Assembly: GCA_009927485.1 (NCBI GenBank)
Contig: RFMW01000091.1
Span: forward strand, 12,319-76,318
Length of the DNA: 64,000 nucleotides
DNA from: Sphingobacteriia bacterium
Lineage (GTDB): Bacteria > Bacteroidota > Bacteroidia > UBA7662
Reading direction: 5' to 3'
Position numbers and translations under genes: made by a program. The notes beneath the pieces were generated by a model. The model saw nothing but the letters and a program-made list of their open reading frames with translations. It was not told where the DNA came from and made no database searches. The number at the start of each line of letters is the position of its first letter. Position 1 is the stretch's first letter. Shown here one piece after another: positions 1-10,064 of this stretch.

Positions 1-77
1 AAAGTTAAAACATAGATAAGCCAGGAGGGTCATTCCCTTCATTCTGGAGCATCCATCGAAGGCCTTAATTCTAATAT

Positions 78-1244
78 TCATTGTAAAGATGGGGTCACTA
101 ATGTTTCTGTATGACGAGTGGTTTCACGATTCATGGGCAAGGAAGAATGGATCCAACCACCGCCCAGAACAGCATCCCCCTCGTAGAACACCGCCGATTG
201 GCCAGGGGCAATGGCTTTGACCGGAGCCATGAATTCAACCAAAACACGAGGACCATCCGCTTTGACAAAGGCCGGTGTACCCGGATCCTTGTAACGAATT
301 TTCACAACGGCATCCATGCCCTCTTCGGGCACCTTCGCGATCTTCTGCCAATTCAATTGATGGACCACCATGGTGGTGCGGTCCAAATCCTCCAAATCCC
401 CAAGCACTACCAAATTCTGCTCGGCATCAATGGAGACCACGTATTTAGGGGTCCCAAAGGCCGTCTCCAATCCTTTGCGTTGGCCGATCGTATAAAAGGG
501 ATATCCTTGATGGCGGCCAATACTATTACCCTTCGTGTCCACAAAGTCCCCCCCCATCACGCGTTGCTCCAAACCGGGCACCCTGCGTTTAAGGAAGCCT
601 CGATAATCATTGTCCGGAACAAAACATATCTCGTAGCTTTCAGGCTTGTTCACCAAACTGCGGTAACCCCGCTCCATGGCCATGGCACGAATGGCATTCT
701 TGGTATAATCCCCCATAGGAAACAGGGTTTTCTTCAAAGCGTCTTGGCTCAATCCCCAAAGGACATAGGACTGGTCTTTGTTCAAATCATCCCCGCATAA
801 CACATAACGCCTTCCATCATCGCCGGTGGCCAAACGGGCATAATGTCCGGTGGCCAAATGCTCGCAGTCCAATTGTTCGGCCCTCTGAAGCAGCGCATCC
901 CATTTGATATGGGTATTGCACATGACGCAAGGGTTGGGCGTTCGACCAGCCAAATATTCTTCCACAAAATAATCAATCACGGAATCCCCAAAATTCTCCC
1001 GAATATCCAAGATAAAATGGGGAAAGCCCAGCGAAACGGCAACCTCCCTGGCATCGTTGATAGAATCCAAGCTGCAACATCCGGTTTCTTTGCGGTTACC
1101 CCCGGATGCTGCATAATCCCAGGTCTTCATGGTTAGGCCAACGACCTGATGTCCCTGCTCATGCAGCAAAGCGGCCGTCATGGTCGAGTCCAAACCACCG
1201 CTCATGGCCACAAGCACCCTTGAAGAGGGTTTATTTATCAACAT
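78..1244 (-). CDS. mnmA: tRNA 2-thiouridine(34) synthase MnmA
   Basis: N-terminal PP-loop SGGLDSTMTAALL. Conserved CxxC and catalytic Cys regions (MKTWDY..., PNPCVMCN). Length 388 aa is typical for the family. Confidence 0.9.
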   Translation of the reverse strand: MLINKPSSRVLVAMSGGLDSTMTAALLHEQGHQVVGLTMKTWDYAASGGNRKETGCCSLDSINDAREVAVSLGFPHFILDIRENFGDSVIDYFVEEYLAGRTPNPCVMCNTHIKWDALLQRAEQLDCEHLATGHYARLATGDDGRRYVLCGDDLNKDQSYVLWGLSQDALKKTLFPMGDYTKNAIRAMAMERGYRSLVNKPESYEICFVPDNDYRGFLKRRVPGLEQRVMGGDFVDTKGNSIGRHQGYPFYTIGQRKGLETAFGTPKYVVSIDAEQNLVVLGDLEDLDRTTMVVHQLNWQKIAKVPEEGMDAVVKIRYKDPGTPAFVKADGPRVLVEFMAPVKAIAPGQSAVFYEGDAVLGGGWIHSSLPMNRETTRHTETLVTPSLQ

Positions 1245-1297
1245 GAGGCAAATCTACGGGCACAAGCAGAGTCTTCATTTCGTATTGACCCCTAATT

Positions 1298-1591
1298 TTG
1301 GAATTCACTATGAGCCAACCCTCCGCCAAGGAAGCCGCCTTAATCCAACGACTCAAGGGTCTGGAACAAGAATTCAAAGATTCCGGTCTTCGAATTCGTT
1401 ATGAAAAAGGAAATTTTCAGTCCGGTTATTGCCTTTTTGAACAGCAAGGGGTGGTCATTGTGAACAAGTTCTTTTCCATTGCGGCCAAAATTGAAACGCT
1501 TGAAGAAATCAAGCGATTTATCGAGGAAAGAGGCGCCGGGCTGGAGGCGGAACCTGCCGAAATTCAGGTTTCCGAAACGGCAGGAGCTTAG
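1298..1591 (+). CDS. hypothetical small protein (97 aa)
   Basis: Intact ORF divergent from mnmA that fills the gap before the MBL hydrolase. No recognisable motif. Confidence 0.4.
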   Translation: MEFTMSQPSAKEAALIQRLKGLEQEFKDSGLRIRYEKGNFQSGYCLFEQQGVVIVNKFFSIAAKIETLEEIKRFIEERGAGLEAEPAEIQVSETAGA

Positions 1592-1606
1592 CAAGGATTT
1601 CGCAAC

Positions 1607-2389
1607 ATGGGCAAGCTTACGATTGAGTTTTTGGGAACAGGAACCTCCCAAGGGGTTCCCCTCATTGCCTGCGATTGCGATGTATGCCATTCCGATGATC
1701 CCAAGGATAGCCGCCTACGCTCTTCGGTTTGGGTTCAGCACCCCAAAGCTTCCGTAGTTATTGATTCGGGTCCAGACTTTCGGCAACAAATGTTACGTTC
1801 CAGGGTAAAAAACTTGGATGCCTTGCTGTTCACCCATGCTCATAAAGATCATATTGCCGGAACTGACGACGTTAGGGCATACAATTACCGGCAACAGAAG
1901 CCCATGCCCATTTATGCGGACCTCAGGGTGCAAGAGGCCTTGCGAAGAGAATTTTACTATGCCTTTGAGGGCACTCGATATCCCGGAATTCCGGAATTGC
2001 ATCTCATCGAAATTGACGATCAGCCTTTTGATTTGAACGGTATGCCGGTGATTCCCTTGCCCGTCATGCACATGAATCTTCCCGTCAAGGGTTTTCGAGT
2101 GGGGCCCTTTGCCTACATCACGGATGCCAATGCCATTCCCGACTCCACGGTCCATCGGATGGAAGGTTGCGAAGTCCTTGTTCTGAATGCCTTAAGGCAT
2201 ACCGCCCATCCCTCCCATTTCACCTTGGAGCAGGCCGTGGAGCAGGCCCAAAGGATAGGGGCTCCCCTCACCTACCTCACCCATATTTCTCATCAGATGG
2301 GTCTTCATGAAGCCGTCCAAAAATCACTGCCTCCTGGAGTTTCCCTTGCCTACGATGGACTGCAATTATCCTTTGACATTCCTGATTAA
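1607..2389 (+). CDS. MBL-fold metallo-hydrolase
   Basis: HxHxDH zinc motif (THAHKDHIAG). The N-terminal FLGTGTSQGVP is typical of beta-lactamase-fold hydrolases. Confidence 0.8.
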   Translation: MGKLTIEFLGTGTSQGVPLIACDCDVCHSDDPKDSRLRSSVWVQHPKASVVIDSGPDFRQQMLRSRVKNLDALLFTHAHKDHIAGTDDVRAYNYRQQKPMPIYADLRVQEALRREFYYAFEGTRYPGIPELHLIEIDDQPFDLNGMPVIPLPVMHMNLPVKGFRVGPFAYITDANAIPDSTVHRMEGCEVLVLNALRHTAHPSHFTLEQAVEQAQRIGAPLTYLTHISHQMGLHEAVQKSLPPGVSLAYDGLQLSFDIPD

Positions 2390-2413
2390 TTTTCGAACAA
2401 AATTTAGAACCCT

Positions 2414-2944
2414 ATGGAACTCGGCACCAAATTACCTTATTTCGAACTTCGCGGCTGCGATAATCAAATCCATTCCCTCATGGATGTCAGCGATAAATCC
2501 TGCATCCTGATCCTGTTCATTTGCAACCATTGTCCTTATGTGGTAGCGTATTTGGACCGCATTGCCAAATTAATTGAGCATTATTACGAGGATAACCTTG
2601 GGGTTCTTCTCATCAATTCCAACGACCCCACCAAATACCCCATCGATTCCTTTGAAGGCATGCAAACATTGGCCAAACAATACGGCTGGGAATCCATCTA
2701 CCTGCATGACGAGGATCAATCGGTGGCAAGATTGTTCGGCGCCCAGCGGACGCCTGAAGCCTTTCTGTTCAATTCCAACCGCGAATTGGTCTATCACGGC
2801 GCAATCGACGACAGCTGGGAGCAGCCCAATTTGGTGACCAGGGTTTACCTGGAGGATGCCGTGGAATATACCCTAGACGGTTTGGAAGTGGATATACCGC
2901 ATGTGGATCCAGTTGGTTGTACCATCAAGTGGAAAGCCAATTAA
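2414..2944 (+). CDS. thioredoxin-family (redoxin-like) protein
   Basis: CxxC active site (CNHCPYV) in a thioredoxin-fold context. 176 aa. Confidence 0.7.
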   Translation: MELGTKLPYFELRGCDNQIHSLMDVSDKSCILILFICNHCPYVVAYLDRIAKLIEHYYEDNLGVLLINSNDPTKYPIDSFEGMQTLAKQYGWESIYLHDEDQSVARLFGAQRTPEAFLFNSNRELVYHGAIDDSWEQPNLVTRVYLEDAVEYTLDGLEVDIPHVDPVGCTIKWKAN

Positions 2945-2954
2945 TTCAAACAAC

Positions 2955-3806
2955 ATGACCCACGAATTTCCCTGGAACAACGAACGTTGGAAGGCGGCTC
3001 AGTCTTTGATCGAAGCAGCGTGGGCCTCGCCAGATCAACGCTCCAATCCTGAGGTCCTACGAGCAGTGGAGGATACCATGGCAGCGCTGGATCAGGGGAT
3101 TTTGAGAACCGCATCCCCGGGTGTCCACGGAGAATGGGAGGTCCTTGAATGGGTTAAAATGGCGGTTCTCTTGTACTTTCCTGCGCATTCATCCCTTGTT
3201 TTGGAGGCCGGTGATTTGGCCTTCTACGATAAGGTGCCCATCAAAACCTCCTTCGCCTCCTTGGGCATCCGTGTGGTTCCTCCTGCGGTTATTCGATACA
3301 GTGCCTATGTGGAAAAAGACTGCATTGTGATGCCCTCGTTCATTAATGTGGGGGCTCGGGTTGGATCAGGCACGATGGTTGATACCTGGGCAACCGTTGG
3401 TTCTTGTGCGCAGATTGGTCGAAGGGTACACCTCAGTGGAGGAGTTGGTATCGGGGGTGTATTGGAACCTGTACAAGCCAAACCGGTCATCGTGGAGGAC
3501 GATTGCTTTGTCGGCTCACGCTGTATTGTGGTGGAAGGTGTACACCTTGAACAAGGTGTGGTCCTGGGCGCAGGGGTTACGCTGACAGGGTCCTCCCCCA
3601 TACTCGATGTAAGCGGATCCGAAACGCGCATGCTCAAAGGGAGGGTACCTGCAAGATCCGTCGTCATCCCCGGCAGCATGACCAAAAACTTTCCTTCAGG
3701 TCCCGCTCAAGTGGCATGTGCCCTCATTATAGGACAACGCCATGCGGGTACTGATCTCAAAACATCCCTGAACGACGCTCTAAGAGAATTTGAGGTAACC
3801 GTCTAG
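2955..3806 (+). CDS. dapD: 2,3,4,5-tetrahydropyridine-2,6-dicarboxylate N-succinyltransferase
   Basis: Left-handed beta-helix hexapeptide repeats (VGSGTMVD, VGSCAQIG, LSGGVGIGGV, VGSRCIVVEGV). Start set at the internal ATG (MTHEFPWN) to avoid overlapping the upstream gene. Confidence 0.75.
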   Translation: MTHEFPWNNERWKAAQSLIEAAWASPDQRSNPEVLRAVEDTMAALDQGILRTASPGVHGEWEVLEWVKMAVLLYFPAHSSLVLEAGDLAFYDKVPIKTSFASLGIRVVPPAVIRYSAYVEKDCIVMPSFINVGARVGSGTMVDTWATVGSCAQIGRRVHLSGGVGIGGVLEPVQAKPVIVEDDCFVGSRCIVVEGVHLEQGVVLGAGVTLTGSSPILDVSGSETRMLKGRVPARSVVIPGSMTKNFPSGPAQVACALIIGQRHAGTDLKTSLNDALREFEVTV

Positions 3807-3827
3807 GTTTACCACTGCCTTGCTCGC

Positions 3828-4478
3828 CTATTTCTTGCGAAACTGGGCGTAGCGCTTCTGGAATTTTTCGACCTTGGGCCGAACCACCATGCGGCAATAC
3901 GGTTCTTCGCCATGAAGCCTGAAATATTCTTGGTGGTAATTCTCTGCCACATAAAACTCCGTTGCGGGCTTAACCTCGGTAACGATGGGGTCTTGGTAAA
4001 TCTTTTCTGCTTGCAAACTTTGAATGAGTTCTTGGGCGATACGGGCCTGTTCCTCCTCGTAATAAAAAATAGCGGATCGGTACTGGGTTCCGACGTCTGC
4101 TCCCTGCCTGTTCAGGGTTGTGGGGTCATGGGTTCCAAAAAATATCTCCAACAGATCACGCAGAGCAATAACCTTGGGCTGGTATTCCAGGTCCACTACT
4201 TCGGCGTGCCCTGTTTTACCGGTGCAAACTTCACGGTAGCCGGGGTTTCGAAGGGTACCACCCATATACCCTGAGCGAACATTCCGAATGCCTTCCACTT
4301 GCTCAAAAATGGCTTCTACACACCAAAAACATCCGGCACCCAGGGTGATTCTTTTCCAAGTGCCGGGGTTGTCCATGGCAGAATCTTCGTTAGGAGCAGG
4401 AGCGAAATGGTGGAGGTTCTCTGCGGTGGATAGGGTCATAGGAAAAAGGAGCATCAAAGCCCGCAGCCAATTTTTCAA
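3828..4478 (-). CDS. msrA: peptide-methionine (S)-S-oxide reductase MsrA, secreted
   Basis: Active-site GCFWC motif (LGAGCFWCVEAIF). N-terminal signal peptide. C-terminal ENYHQEYF. Confidence 0.85.
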   Translation of the reverse strand: MKNWLRALMLLFPMTLSTAENLHHFAPAPNEDSAMDNPGTWKRITLGAGCFWCVEAIFEQVEGIRNVRSGYMGGTLRNPGYREVCTGKTGHAEVVDLEYQPKVIALRDLLEIFFGTHDPTTLNRQGADVGTQYRSAIFYYEEEQARIAQELIQSLQAEKIYQDPIVTEVKPATEFYVAENYHQEYFRLHGEEPYCRMVVRPKVEKFQKRYAQFRKK

Positions 4479-4978
4479 GACGAAGGTGCTTGGTATTTGT
4501 CCAAGATTCTCCGCAGGTCGGCTTGGCGGTAGGCGATGGATTTCATGGTTTTACGATCGGTCTCTCTGTACACCATGTACAAGTCACCCACTTGTTCGAT
4601 TATGCAGGTTTCACCTTTGGTTTGCTTGTAATGCTCAGCGGTCTGTTCGGCTAAAGCCAAGGTTGCGCATGCTTTGCTCATGTTGGAGTCGTGAACTTCC
4701 GCGAACAATTCCGCAAAGATGGGGCCAAGACCAAGTTCATGAATGGCACCGCTTAACACATACTGAAGGTCGCACAAAGCGTCAGCAGCTTCCACCAAAT
4801 CCTTTTGCTTGAGGGCTTGGGTGAACTCCTGCAATTCTTCGGCCAACAGATTGATTCGCAGGTTACAGCGATCCTCAGAAGGGATACGCGGGCTGTGATG
4901 CACCGGGTGTTGAAACAAATGATGAAATTCTCCGACTTGATTCAGGGATTCAGCTTCGGGAAATTCGTGACCCTCCAT
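4475..4978 (-). CDS. MazG-like nucleoside triphosphate pyrophosphohydrolase family protein
   Basis: All-alpha acidic EExxE/D motifs (LLAEELQEFTQAL...DLVEAADALCDLQY) that resemble the MazG / PRA-PH fold. Weak assignment. Confidence 0.45.
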   Translation of the reverse strand: MEGHEFPEAESLNQVGEFHHLFQHPVHHSPRIPSEDRCNLRINLLAEELQEFTQALKQKDLVEAADALCDLQYVLSGAIHELGLGPIFAELFAEVHDSNMSKACATLALAEQTAEHYKQTKGETCIIEQVGDLYMVYRETDRKTMKSIAYRQADLRRILDKYQAPSS

Positions 4979-4990
4979 GAGGAATCGAAA

Positions 4991-5314
4991 TTAATAGGCT
5001 GTAGGAGGGGTATCGTCATCCCCACGGTCTTGACGATCGTAATCATAATCCGGCATTAGCTCGGTTTTGACGTAATCGATGGCTTCCTGAAGGCCGCTTA
5101 GGAATTTGTTGAAGTCCTCCTTGTAGAGAAAAATTTTGTGCTTGACGTACTGGCCATCATCAAAACCCTTCTTGCTCTCGGTCAAGATGAGGTAATAATC
5201 ATTACCCCGGGTCGATTTCACGTCAAAGAAATAAGTTCTTTTGCCAGCCCTTACTCGTTTGCTGAACACTTCCTCGCGATCTCTGTGGCGCTCGCCTCCG
5301 TAAAAATCATCCAT
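4991..5314 (-). CDS. DUF3276 / PUR-alpha-like nucleic-acid-binding protein
   Basis: Motif FSKRVRAGKRTYFFDVKSTRGNDYYLILTESKK, characteristic of the Bacteroidetes PUR-alpha/beta/gamma-like DUF3276 family. Acidic C-terminal tail. Confidence 0.7.
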   Translation of the reverse strand: MDDFYGGERHRDREEVFSKRVRAGKRTYFFDVKSTRGNDYYLILTESKKGFDDGQYVKHKIFLYKEDFNKFLSGLQEAIDYVKTELMPDYDYDRQDRGDDDTPPTAY

Positions 5315-5317
5315 AAA

Positions 5318-7078
5318 TTAAATTTGTGCTTCAAAAATAGGCAAGGCAAGGGTATTTGAGCCGCTTCCATCGACTTGCATACGGTGCAATTGGGCGTAGA
5401 GAGCGCAATTCGTTAACAGTTCTTGGTGTTTGCCTTGGGCCAAGAGTTCCCCTTGGTGCATGACATAGATTCGATCGGCTTGGATCAAGGGCTTAATCTT
5501 CAGGGAAATAAGAATTATACCTCGCTGCCCCTGGTCACCCAAAAGCTTGGACATCAAAGTCTCTTCGGTGCCGCTATCCAAGGCTGAAAGGGCATCGTCC
5601 AAAATCACCCATTCCGGGTCTCTGATCCATGCTCTGGCCAAAGCAAGCCGCTGTTTCTGCCCCCCGGACAGCTGAACCCCCCGTTCCCCAATTACGGTTT
5701 CCAACCCATTCGGCAAGGCGCTAACCCAAGGTCCGAGTTCGACCAATTCCAAGACTTCCATGCATCGTTGCCTATCCGCTGAAGGAGCGCCCAGCCTCAG
5801 GTTCGCGAGAAGGGTATCGTTGAAAAAATAATTTTCCTGAGGGACCCATGCGGTATGCGTGTAAACCACCGACTCGTTCCAGTCACCAAGGGCACGATCC
5901 CCCAAAAGTAGCGAACCCTTTTGGGGGGTTAGTTGACCGGCAAGCAATTGCCATAAGGTGCTTTTCCCACTGCCTATGGTCCCGGTGATCCCAATAAACT
6001 GGCCTGGAAGGGCCTCGAAATCTGAAATATGCAAGGAGAAATTCCGGTTAGGGTATGCAAAATGGACGGCCTTCAACGACCAAGCCCAGGGCAACGGTTG
6101 CGACCATCCCTGAACCCTGTTGGGTCTGGGAGATGCCTTCAGCAAAGGTTCGATTCGGGATAGGGCCGCTTTGGATTGTTGGTAGATCGAGGCAACCCAG
6201 CCCAAAGAAGTCACAGGCCAGGTAAGCATGTTGATGTAGATGATGAATTCCGCAATATTGCCCAAGGTTATGGCTCCTTGAACCAATAGGTGACCCCCTA
6301 CCCATACCGTCAACAGGGTACTAAGGCCCACCAAGGCCAAGGCCAATGGGAAAAACAAAGCATCCGCTCGAGCAAAGGCCAAATTCTTGGATTTGTACCC
6401 TTGAAGCTCCAGGTCAAAAGCTCCACGAAAACCGGGTTCTGCCCCAAAGGCTTGGATGAGCTTCATCCCTACCAAACTTTCTTGAACAAACGCGGTCATT
6501 CGACCCAGGTGGGCCTGTATGGCTGCCGATCTCGACAGAATTTTGAGATTGAGCAGGTAGATGCCCAGGACCAAAAAGGGTAACGGAGTCAAAACCCAAA
6601 GGGTTAATTGAGGACTTACGCGGAGCATGACGCCGATAACCATGATAAACAAGACCAAGAGATTAAGGCTGTACATTAAACCCGGCCCCAAAAACATCCG
6701 AATTTTGCCCACATCTTCGGTCATTCTCGAAATGAGGTCCCCGCTTGCATATTCCTTGACTTGGGATGGGGACATGGCCAAAATTTGAGCAAAGAGCCTG
6801 TCCTTCATGGTCTGTTCACAACGCCTGGACATGACAATCAGGGTTTGCCTCATCCAATACATGGTGATACCACGGGCCAGCGTTGCGCCCAACAAAGCCA
6901 ACAATAGCATACCCAAACCGGATCCGGGCGTGTTACCCACCGCATCCATCAATTGACGAATAATTTGAGGCGGCAATACCCCAAAAACATTGGTCAAAAG
7001 GAGGCAAAACAGGCCAGGAAGGACCCATTTTTCGTGGCCACGCAATTGACTCAGAAGGGCCGACATTGATTTCACCAT
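5318..7078 (-). CDS. ABC transporter ATP-binding/permease (MsbA-like exporter)
   Basis: Six-TM N-terminal domain plus NBD with Walker A GTIGSGKST, signature LSGGQKQRLALARA and Walker B ILDDALSALD. Start placed at the internal ATG (MVKSMSALL) so it does not overlap the divergent leucine dehydrogenase. The ORF could extend to 7204. Confidence 0.85.
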   Translation of the reverse strand: MVKSMSALLSQLRGHEKWVLPGLFCLLLTNVFGVLPPQIIRQLMDAVGNTPGSGLGMLLLALLGATLARGITMYWMRQTLIVMSRRCEQTMKDRLFAQILAMSPSQVKEYASGDLISRMTEDVGKIRMFLGPGLMYSLNLLVLFIMVIGVMLRVSPQLTLWVLTPLPFLVLGIYLLNLKILSRSAAIQAHLGRMTAFVQESLVGMKLIQAFGAEPGFRGAFDLELQGYKSKNLAFARADALFFPLALALVGLSTLLTVWVGGHLLVQGAITLGNIAEFIIYINMLTWPVTSLGWVASIYQQSKAALSRIEPLLKASPRPNRVQGWSQPLPWAWSLKAVHFAYPNRNFSLHISDFEALPGQFIGITGTIGSGKSTLWQLLAGQLTPQKGSLLLGDRALGDWNESVVYTHTAWVPQENYFFNDTLLANLRLGAPSADRQRCMEVLELVELGPWVSALPNGLETVIGERGVQLSGGQKQRLALARAWIRDPEWVILDDALSALDSGTEETLMSKLLGDQGQRGIILISLKIKPLIQADRIYVMHQGELLAQGKHQELLTNCALYAQLHRMQVDGSGSNTLALPIFEAQI

Positions 7079-7154
7079 GCAAAATAAGGTCATACCACGA
7101 GCCTTTGGGTTATTTTTGCCCCACAAGTCTACCCAGATCCCCAACCCCCGACCC

Positions 7155-8234
7155 ATGATCGAAACCTTATCGACCACAACCCCCGTAGGCACCATGGCCA
7201 CCATGCAAGAAATGGGCCATGAACAATTGGTTTATTGCCACGATGAGGCGTCCGGATTGAAAGCCATGATCGGCATTCATTCGACCGTCTTGGGTCCAGC
7301 CCTGGGGGGAACCCGTATGTGGAACTACAAAAACGAAGACGAGGCTGTTCGTGATGTGTTACGTCTTTCACAAGGCATGACCTACAAGGCTGCCGTCGCA
7401 GGACTCAACCTCGGCGGGGGCAAAGCCGTCATCATTGGTAATTCTCGGACGGACAAATCCGAAGCAATGTTCAAAGCCTACGGACGTTTTGTGAATTCAC
7501 TTTCCGGCAAATACATCACCGCCGAAGATGTAGGAACCTCCAAAACCGATATGGCTTGGATCGCTTCGGAGACAGCCCACGTCAGCGGTTTACCTGAAAG
7601 CATGGGAGGTTCAGGGGACCCATCACCCGTGACGGCCTACGGCGTATATATGGGCATGAAAGCCGGTGCCCAAGCGGTATTTGGTACCAACGATCTTGCA
7701 GGTCGCCGTGTTTTGGTTCAAGGAATCGGTAACGTAGGCAGCTATTTAATCGATCATTTGATTTCGGAAGGCGCAAAGGTTTATATCTCCGACATCTACG
7801 ATCCAGCTATCGAATCCTTAATGAAGAAGTATCAAGGCCTTAGCGTGGTCAATCCTTCCTTGGTGGCTGAGGCCGATGTGGATATTTATGCCCCATGCGC
7901 TTTGGGCGGAACCTTGAACAGCGAATCCATCCCCTTGTTGCGCTGCAGCCTTGTTGCCGGTGGAGCCAACAACCAATTGGCTGAAGAATCGGATATGCAA
8001 AGGCTTATGGACCGCAGTATTGCCTATGCCCCCGATTTTGTAATCAATGCCGGAGGTCTCATCAATGTCTATGCCGAAATCAAAGGTTTCAACCGGGATT
8101 GGGCCATGGAGCAAACTCGTAACATTTATCAACAAACCCTCGCGATTTTTGAACAGGCCAGCAACGATCAATTAAGCACCAACAAGGCCGCCATCCAATT
8201 GGCCCAAAAACGCTTGTCCTCTGCTTTATCATGA
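7155..8234 (+). CDS. Glu/Leu/Phe/Val dehydrogenase (leucine dehydrogenase-like)
   Basis: GHEQLVYCHD...GLKAMIGIHSTVLGPALGGTRMW and catalytic Lys region GLNLGGGKAVIIGN. Rossmann motif GIGNVGSY. Start is uncertain (7155 or 7197). Confidence 0.85.
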   Translation: MIETLSTTTPVGTMATMQEMGHEQLVYCHDEASGLKAMIGIHSTVLGPALGGTRMWNYKNEDEAVRDVLRLSQGMTYKAAVAGLNLGGGKAVIIGNSRTDKSEAMFKAYGRFVNSLSGKYITAEDVGTSKTDMAWIASETAHVSGLPESMGGSGDPSPVTAYGVYMGMKAGAQAVFGTNDLAGRRVLVQGIGNVGSYLIDHLISEGAKVYISDIYDPAIESLMKKYQGLSVVNPSLVAEADVDIYAPCALGGTLNSESIPLLRCSLVAGGANNQLAEESDMQRLMDRSIAYAPDFVINAGGLINVYAEIKGFNRDWAMEQTRNIYQQTLAIFEQASNDQLSTNKAAIQLAQKRLSSALS

Positions 8235-9172
8235 TCAACCGACATCATCTGCGCGTCAAACTTCTGCAATGGATTTTTGCGAGCAGACAACAGGGGCAGG
8301 ACGATTACACTTTGGTCACTCAACAATTTCAGAATTCTGCCACCCTTTCCCTACGATCTCTGGTCATGGCCTTCGTTCTCTTGGAACGTTTGATGCAATA
8401 CGCCAACCTTCGTGACGAGGAACGCTCCGGCAAACTCCTCGAAAGAAATCGTCAAACCGGCCCGGGGCATGCCTTGGCGCATCATCCTTTAGCCGAACTG
8501 CTCGAGAATGATCCACTGTACCGCAAGGCTTTACAATTGTGTGCTGTAGAGCATTTGGAAGTAACATCGGATATGTTACGTGCTCTATTTGATCACATCA
8601 ACGAAGGCAAATGCGCAGGGAACAAAATTGGATTCGAGGAGCTCCGCGAAATCACAGGCATCAAATTAATTTTTGAGAAATGCATTGCTTCCGGTGACTG
8701 GTACAGTCCTTGGCAATCGGAACACAATTTGTATTGGGATTCGGATCGTTATCTAATCGATCGCCAAGTCCTCCAAATTTTGATGAAGTTGTCGGAGGGT
8801 GAAGGCTTCCCCGATGCTCAGGGAATCCTCAAGGCATGGCAAAGCGACGATCGTTTGGTAAGCACCATGTTCAAAGAATTGCTTCAGGATTCGTCCGCCT
8901 ATCAAGCCATCATCGAAGCGCATACAGGCCAATGGGATCCCGAAAGGCTGGCTCGCGTTGATTTTTTGATTCTGCAAATGGCCTGTGTGGAATTGAGCCT
9001 TTTCCCGGAGATCCCCGTCAAGGTGACCATCAATGAGTACATCGAATTAGCCAAAGTTTATTCGACTCCACAGTCGGCGGCCTTTGTGAACGGTTTGTTG
9101 GATAAAATCAAAGCCGATATGCAGCAAAAGGGCTTGATTACGAAAAGCGGCCGTGGCTTGGTGGAGTCGTGA
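8231..9172 (+). CDS. nusB: transcription antitermination factor NusB (long Bacteroidetes form)
   Basis: N-terminal MINRHHLRVKLLQ. C-terminal NusB core (VKVTINEYIELAKVYSTPQSAAFVNGLLDKI). The N-terminal extension is typical for Bacteroidetes NusB. Confidence 0.8.
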   Translation: MINRHHLRVKLLQWIFASRQQGQDDYTLVTQQFQNSATLSLRSLVMAFVLLERLMQYANLRDEERSGKLLERNRQTGPGHALAHHPLAELLENDPLYRKALQLCAVEHLEVTSDMLRALFDHINEGKCAGNKIGFEELREITGIKLIFEKCIASGDWYSPWQSEHNLYWDSDRYLIDRQVLQILMKLSEGEGFPDAQGILKAWQSDDRLVSTMFKELLQDSSAYQAIIEAHTGQWDPERLARVDFLILQMACVELSLFPEIPVKVTINEYIELAKVYSTPQSAAFVNGLLDKIKADMQQKGLITKSGRGLVES

Positions 9173-9198
9173 ACTTGAGGCCCATAATCATCTATAAA

Positions 9199-9690
9199 AT
9201 GTTGAACCAAATTTCTCCAATGTTCAAGATTCCTCGCTTGGTGAATCTTGGACTGGCCTTGTGGATCTCGTGTGGTTTACTGGGCACAGCTTGTCAAAAC
9301 CAAGGCGAGACCGGAAAGCTCGACGCGGAAGATGTGGAGTTGCCGGTTGATTCCGATGGGCAGGCAGATCAAAAGTCCTTACCCGTTATGGCTTTCGACA
9401 AAACGATTCACGATTTTGGAGAAATTCAAGCCGGGGAAAAGGTCTCGTATTCTTTCCGTTTTGTCAATCGTGGCCGTCGTGATTTGGTCATTCAAAACGC
9501 AAGCGGTTCCTGCGGTTGCACCGTACCGGACTTTCCCAAGGAACCCATTCCCCCCGGAAGGGAAGGTTTTATCAGGGTTCTTTTTAATTCTGAAGGCAAA
9601 AACGGAGTTCAAGAAAAACAAGTCACCGTGCTTGCCAACACCTTACCCAACACCAACGAAATACGAATCAAGGCCAGTATTATTCCTTAG
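9199..9690 (+). CDS. DUF1573 domain-containing protein
   Basis: Signal peptide followed by the DUF1573 core (FDKTIHDFGEIQAGEKVSYSFRFVNRGRRDLVIQNASGSCGCTVP). Confidence 0.7.
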   Translation: MLNQISPMFKIPRLVNLGLALWISCGLLGTACQNQGETGKLDAEDVELPVDSDGQADQKSLPVMAFDKTIHDFGEIQAGEKVSYSFRFVNRGRRDLVIQNASGSCGCTVPDFPKEPIPPGREGFIRVLFNSEGKNGVQEKQVTVLANTLPNTNEIRIKASIIP

Positions 9691-9725
9691 AAATCTGAAT
9701 CTTTCCATTTACATAAACTTTTAAC

Positions 9726-10064
9726 ATGAACCTCTATACGCTTTTCTTGATGTCCCCTCCCCCTTCCGGTGCTGGCGCTCCTGCTCCGTGGATGCAGTTG
9801 TTGCCATGGGCTGCCATTTTTGTGGTGTTCTATTTCTTTATGATTCGCCCTCAATCGGTCAAGGCCAAAGAGGAGAGGAAGTTTCGAGATAATCTCCAAA
9901 AGGGGGACCGTGTCGTGACCATCGGAGGAATGCACGGTAAAATAGCCGAGACTTCCACCGAATGGATCATCCTTGAATCCGAATCACAAGCCAGGTTCAA
10001 GGTAGAGCGTTCTGCCATCTCCAAGGAAACGACCTTGAGCGCCTATCCTCCAACCAATAAGTGA
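9726..10064 (+). CDS. yajC: preprotein translocase subunit YajC
   Basis: Single TM segment followed by FMIRPQSVKAKEERKFRDNLQKGDRVVTIGGMHGKI. The start could instead be the internal ATG at 9792. Confidence 0.8.
   Translation: MNLYTLFLMSPPPSGAGAPAPWMQLLPWAAIFVVFYFFMIRPQSVKAKEERKFRDNLQKGDRVVTIGGMHGKIAETSTEWIILESESQARFKVERSAISKETTLSAYPPTNK

Noticed and set aside
111-800. 229-aa plus-strand ORF
   Set aside because: Entirely antisense to mnmA, which has clear family motifs. Composition driven by GC-rich codon position 3.
4288-4812. 174-aa plus-strand ORF
   Set aside because: Overlaps msrA and the MazG-like gene on the opposite strand. Arg/Cys/Trp-rich nonsense composition.
9248-9724. 158-aa alternative-frame ORF overlapping the DUF1573 gene
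   Set aside because: Same strand, different frame. The DUF1573 frame carries recognisable family motifs and a signal peptide.
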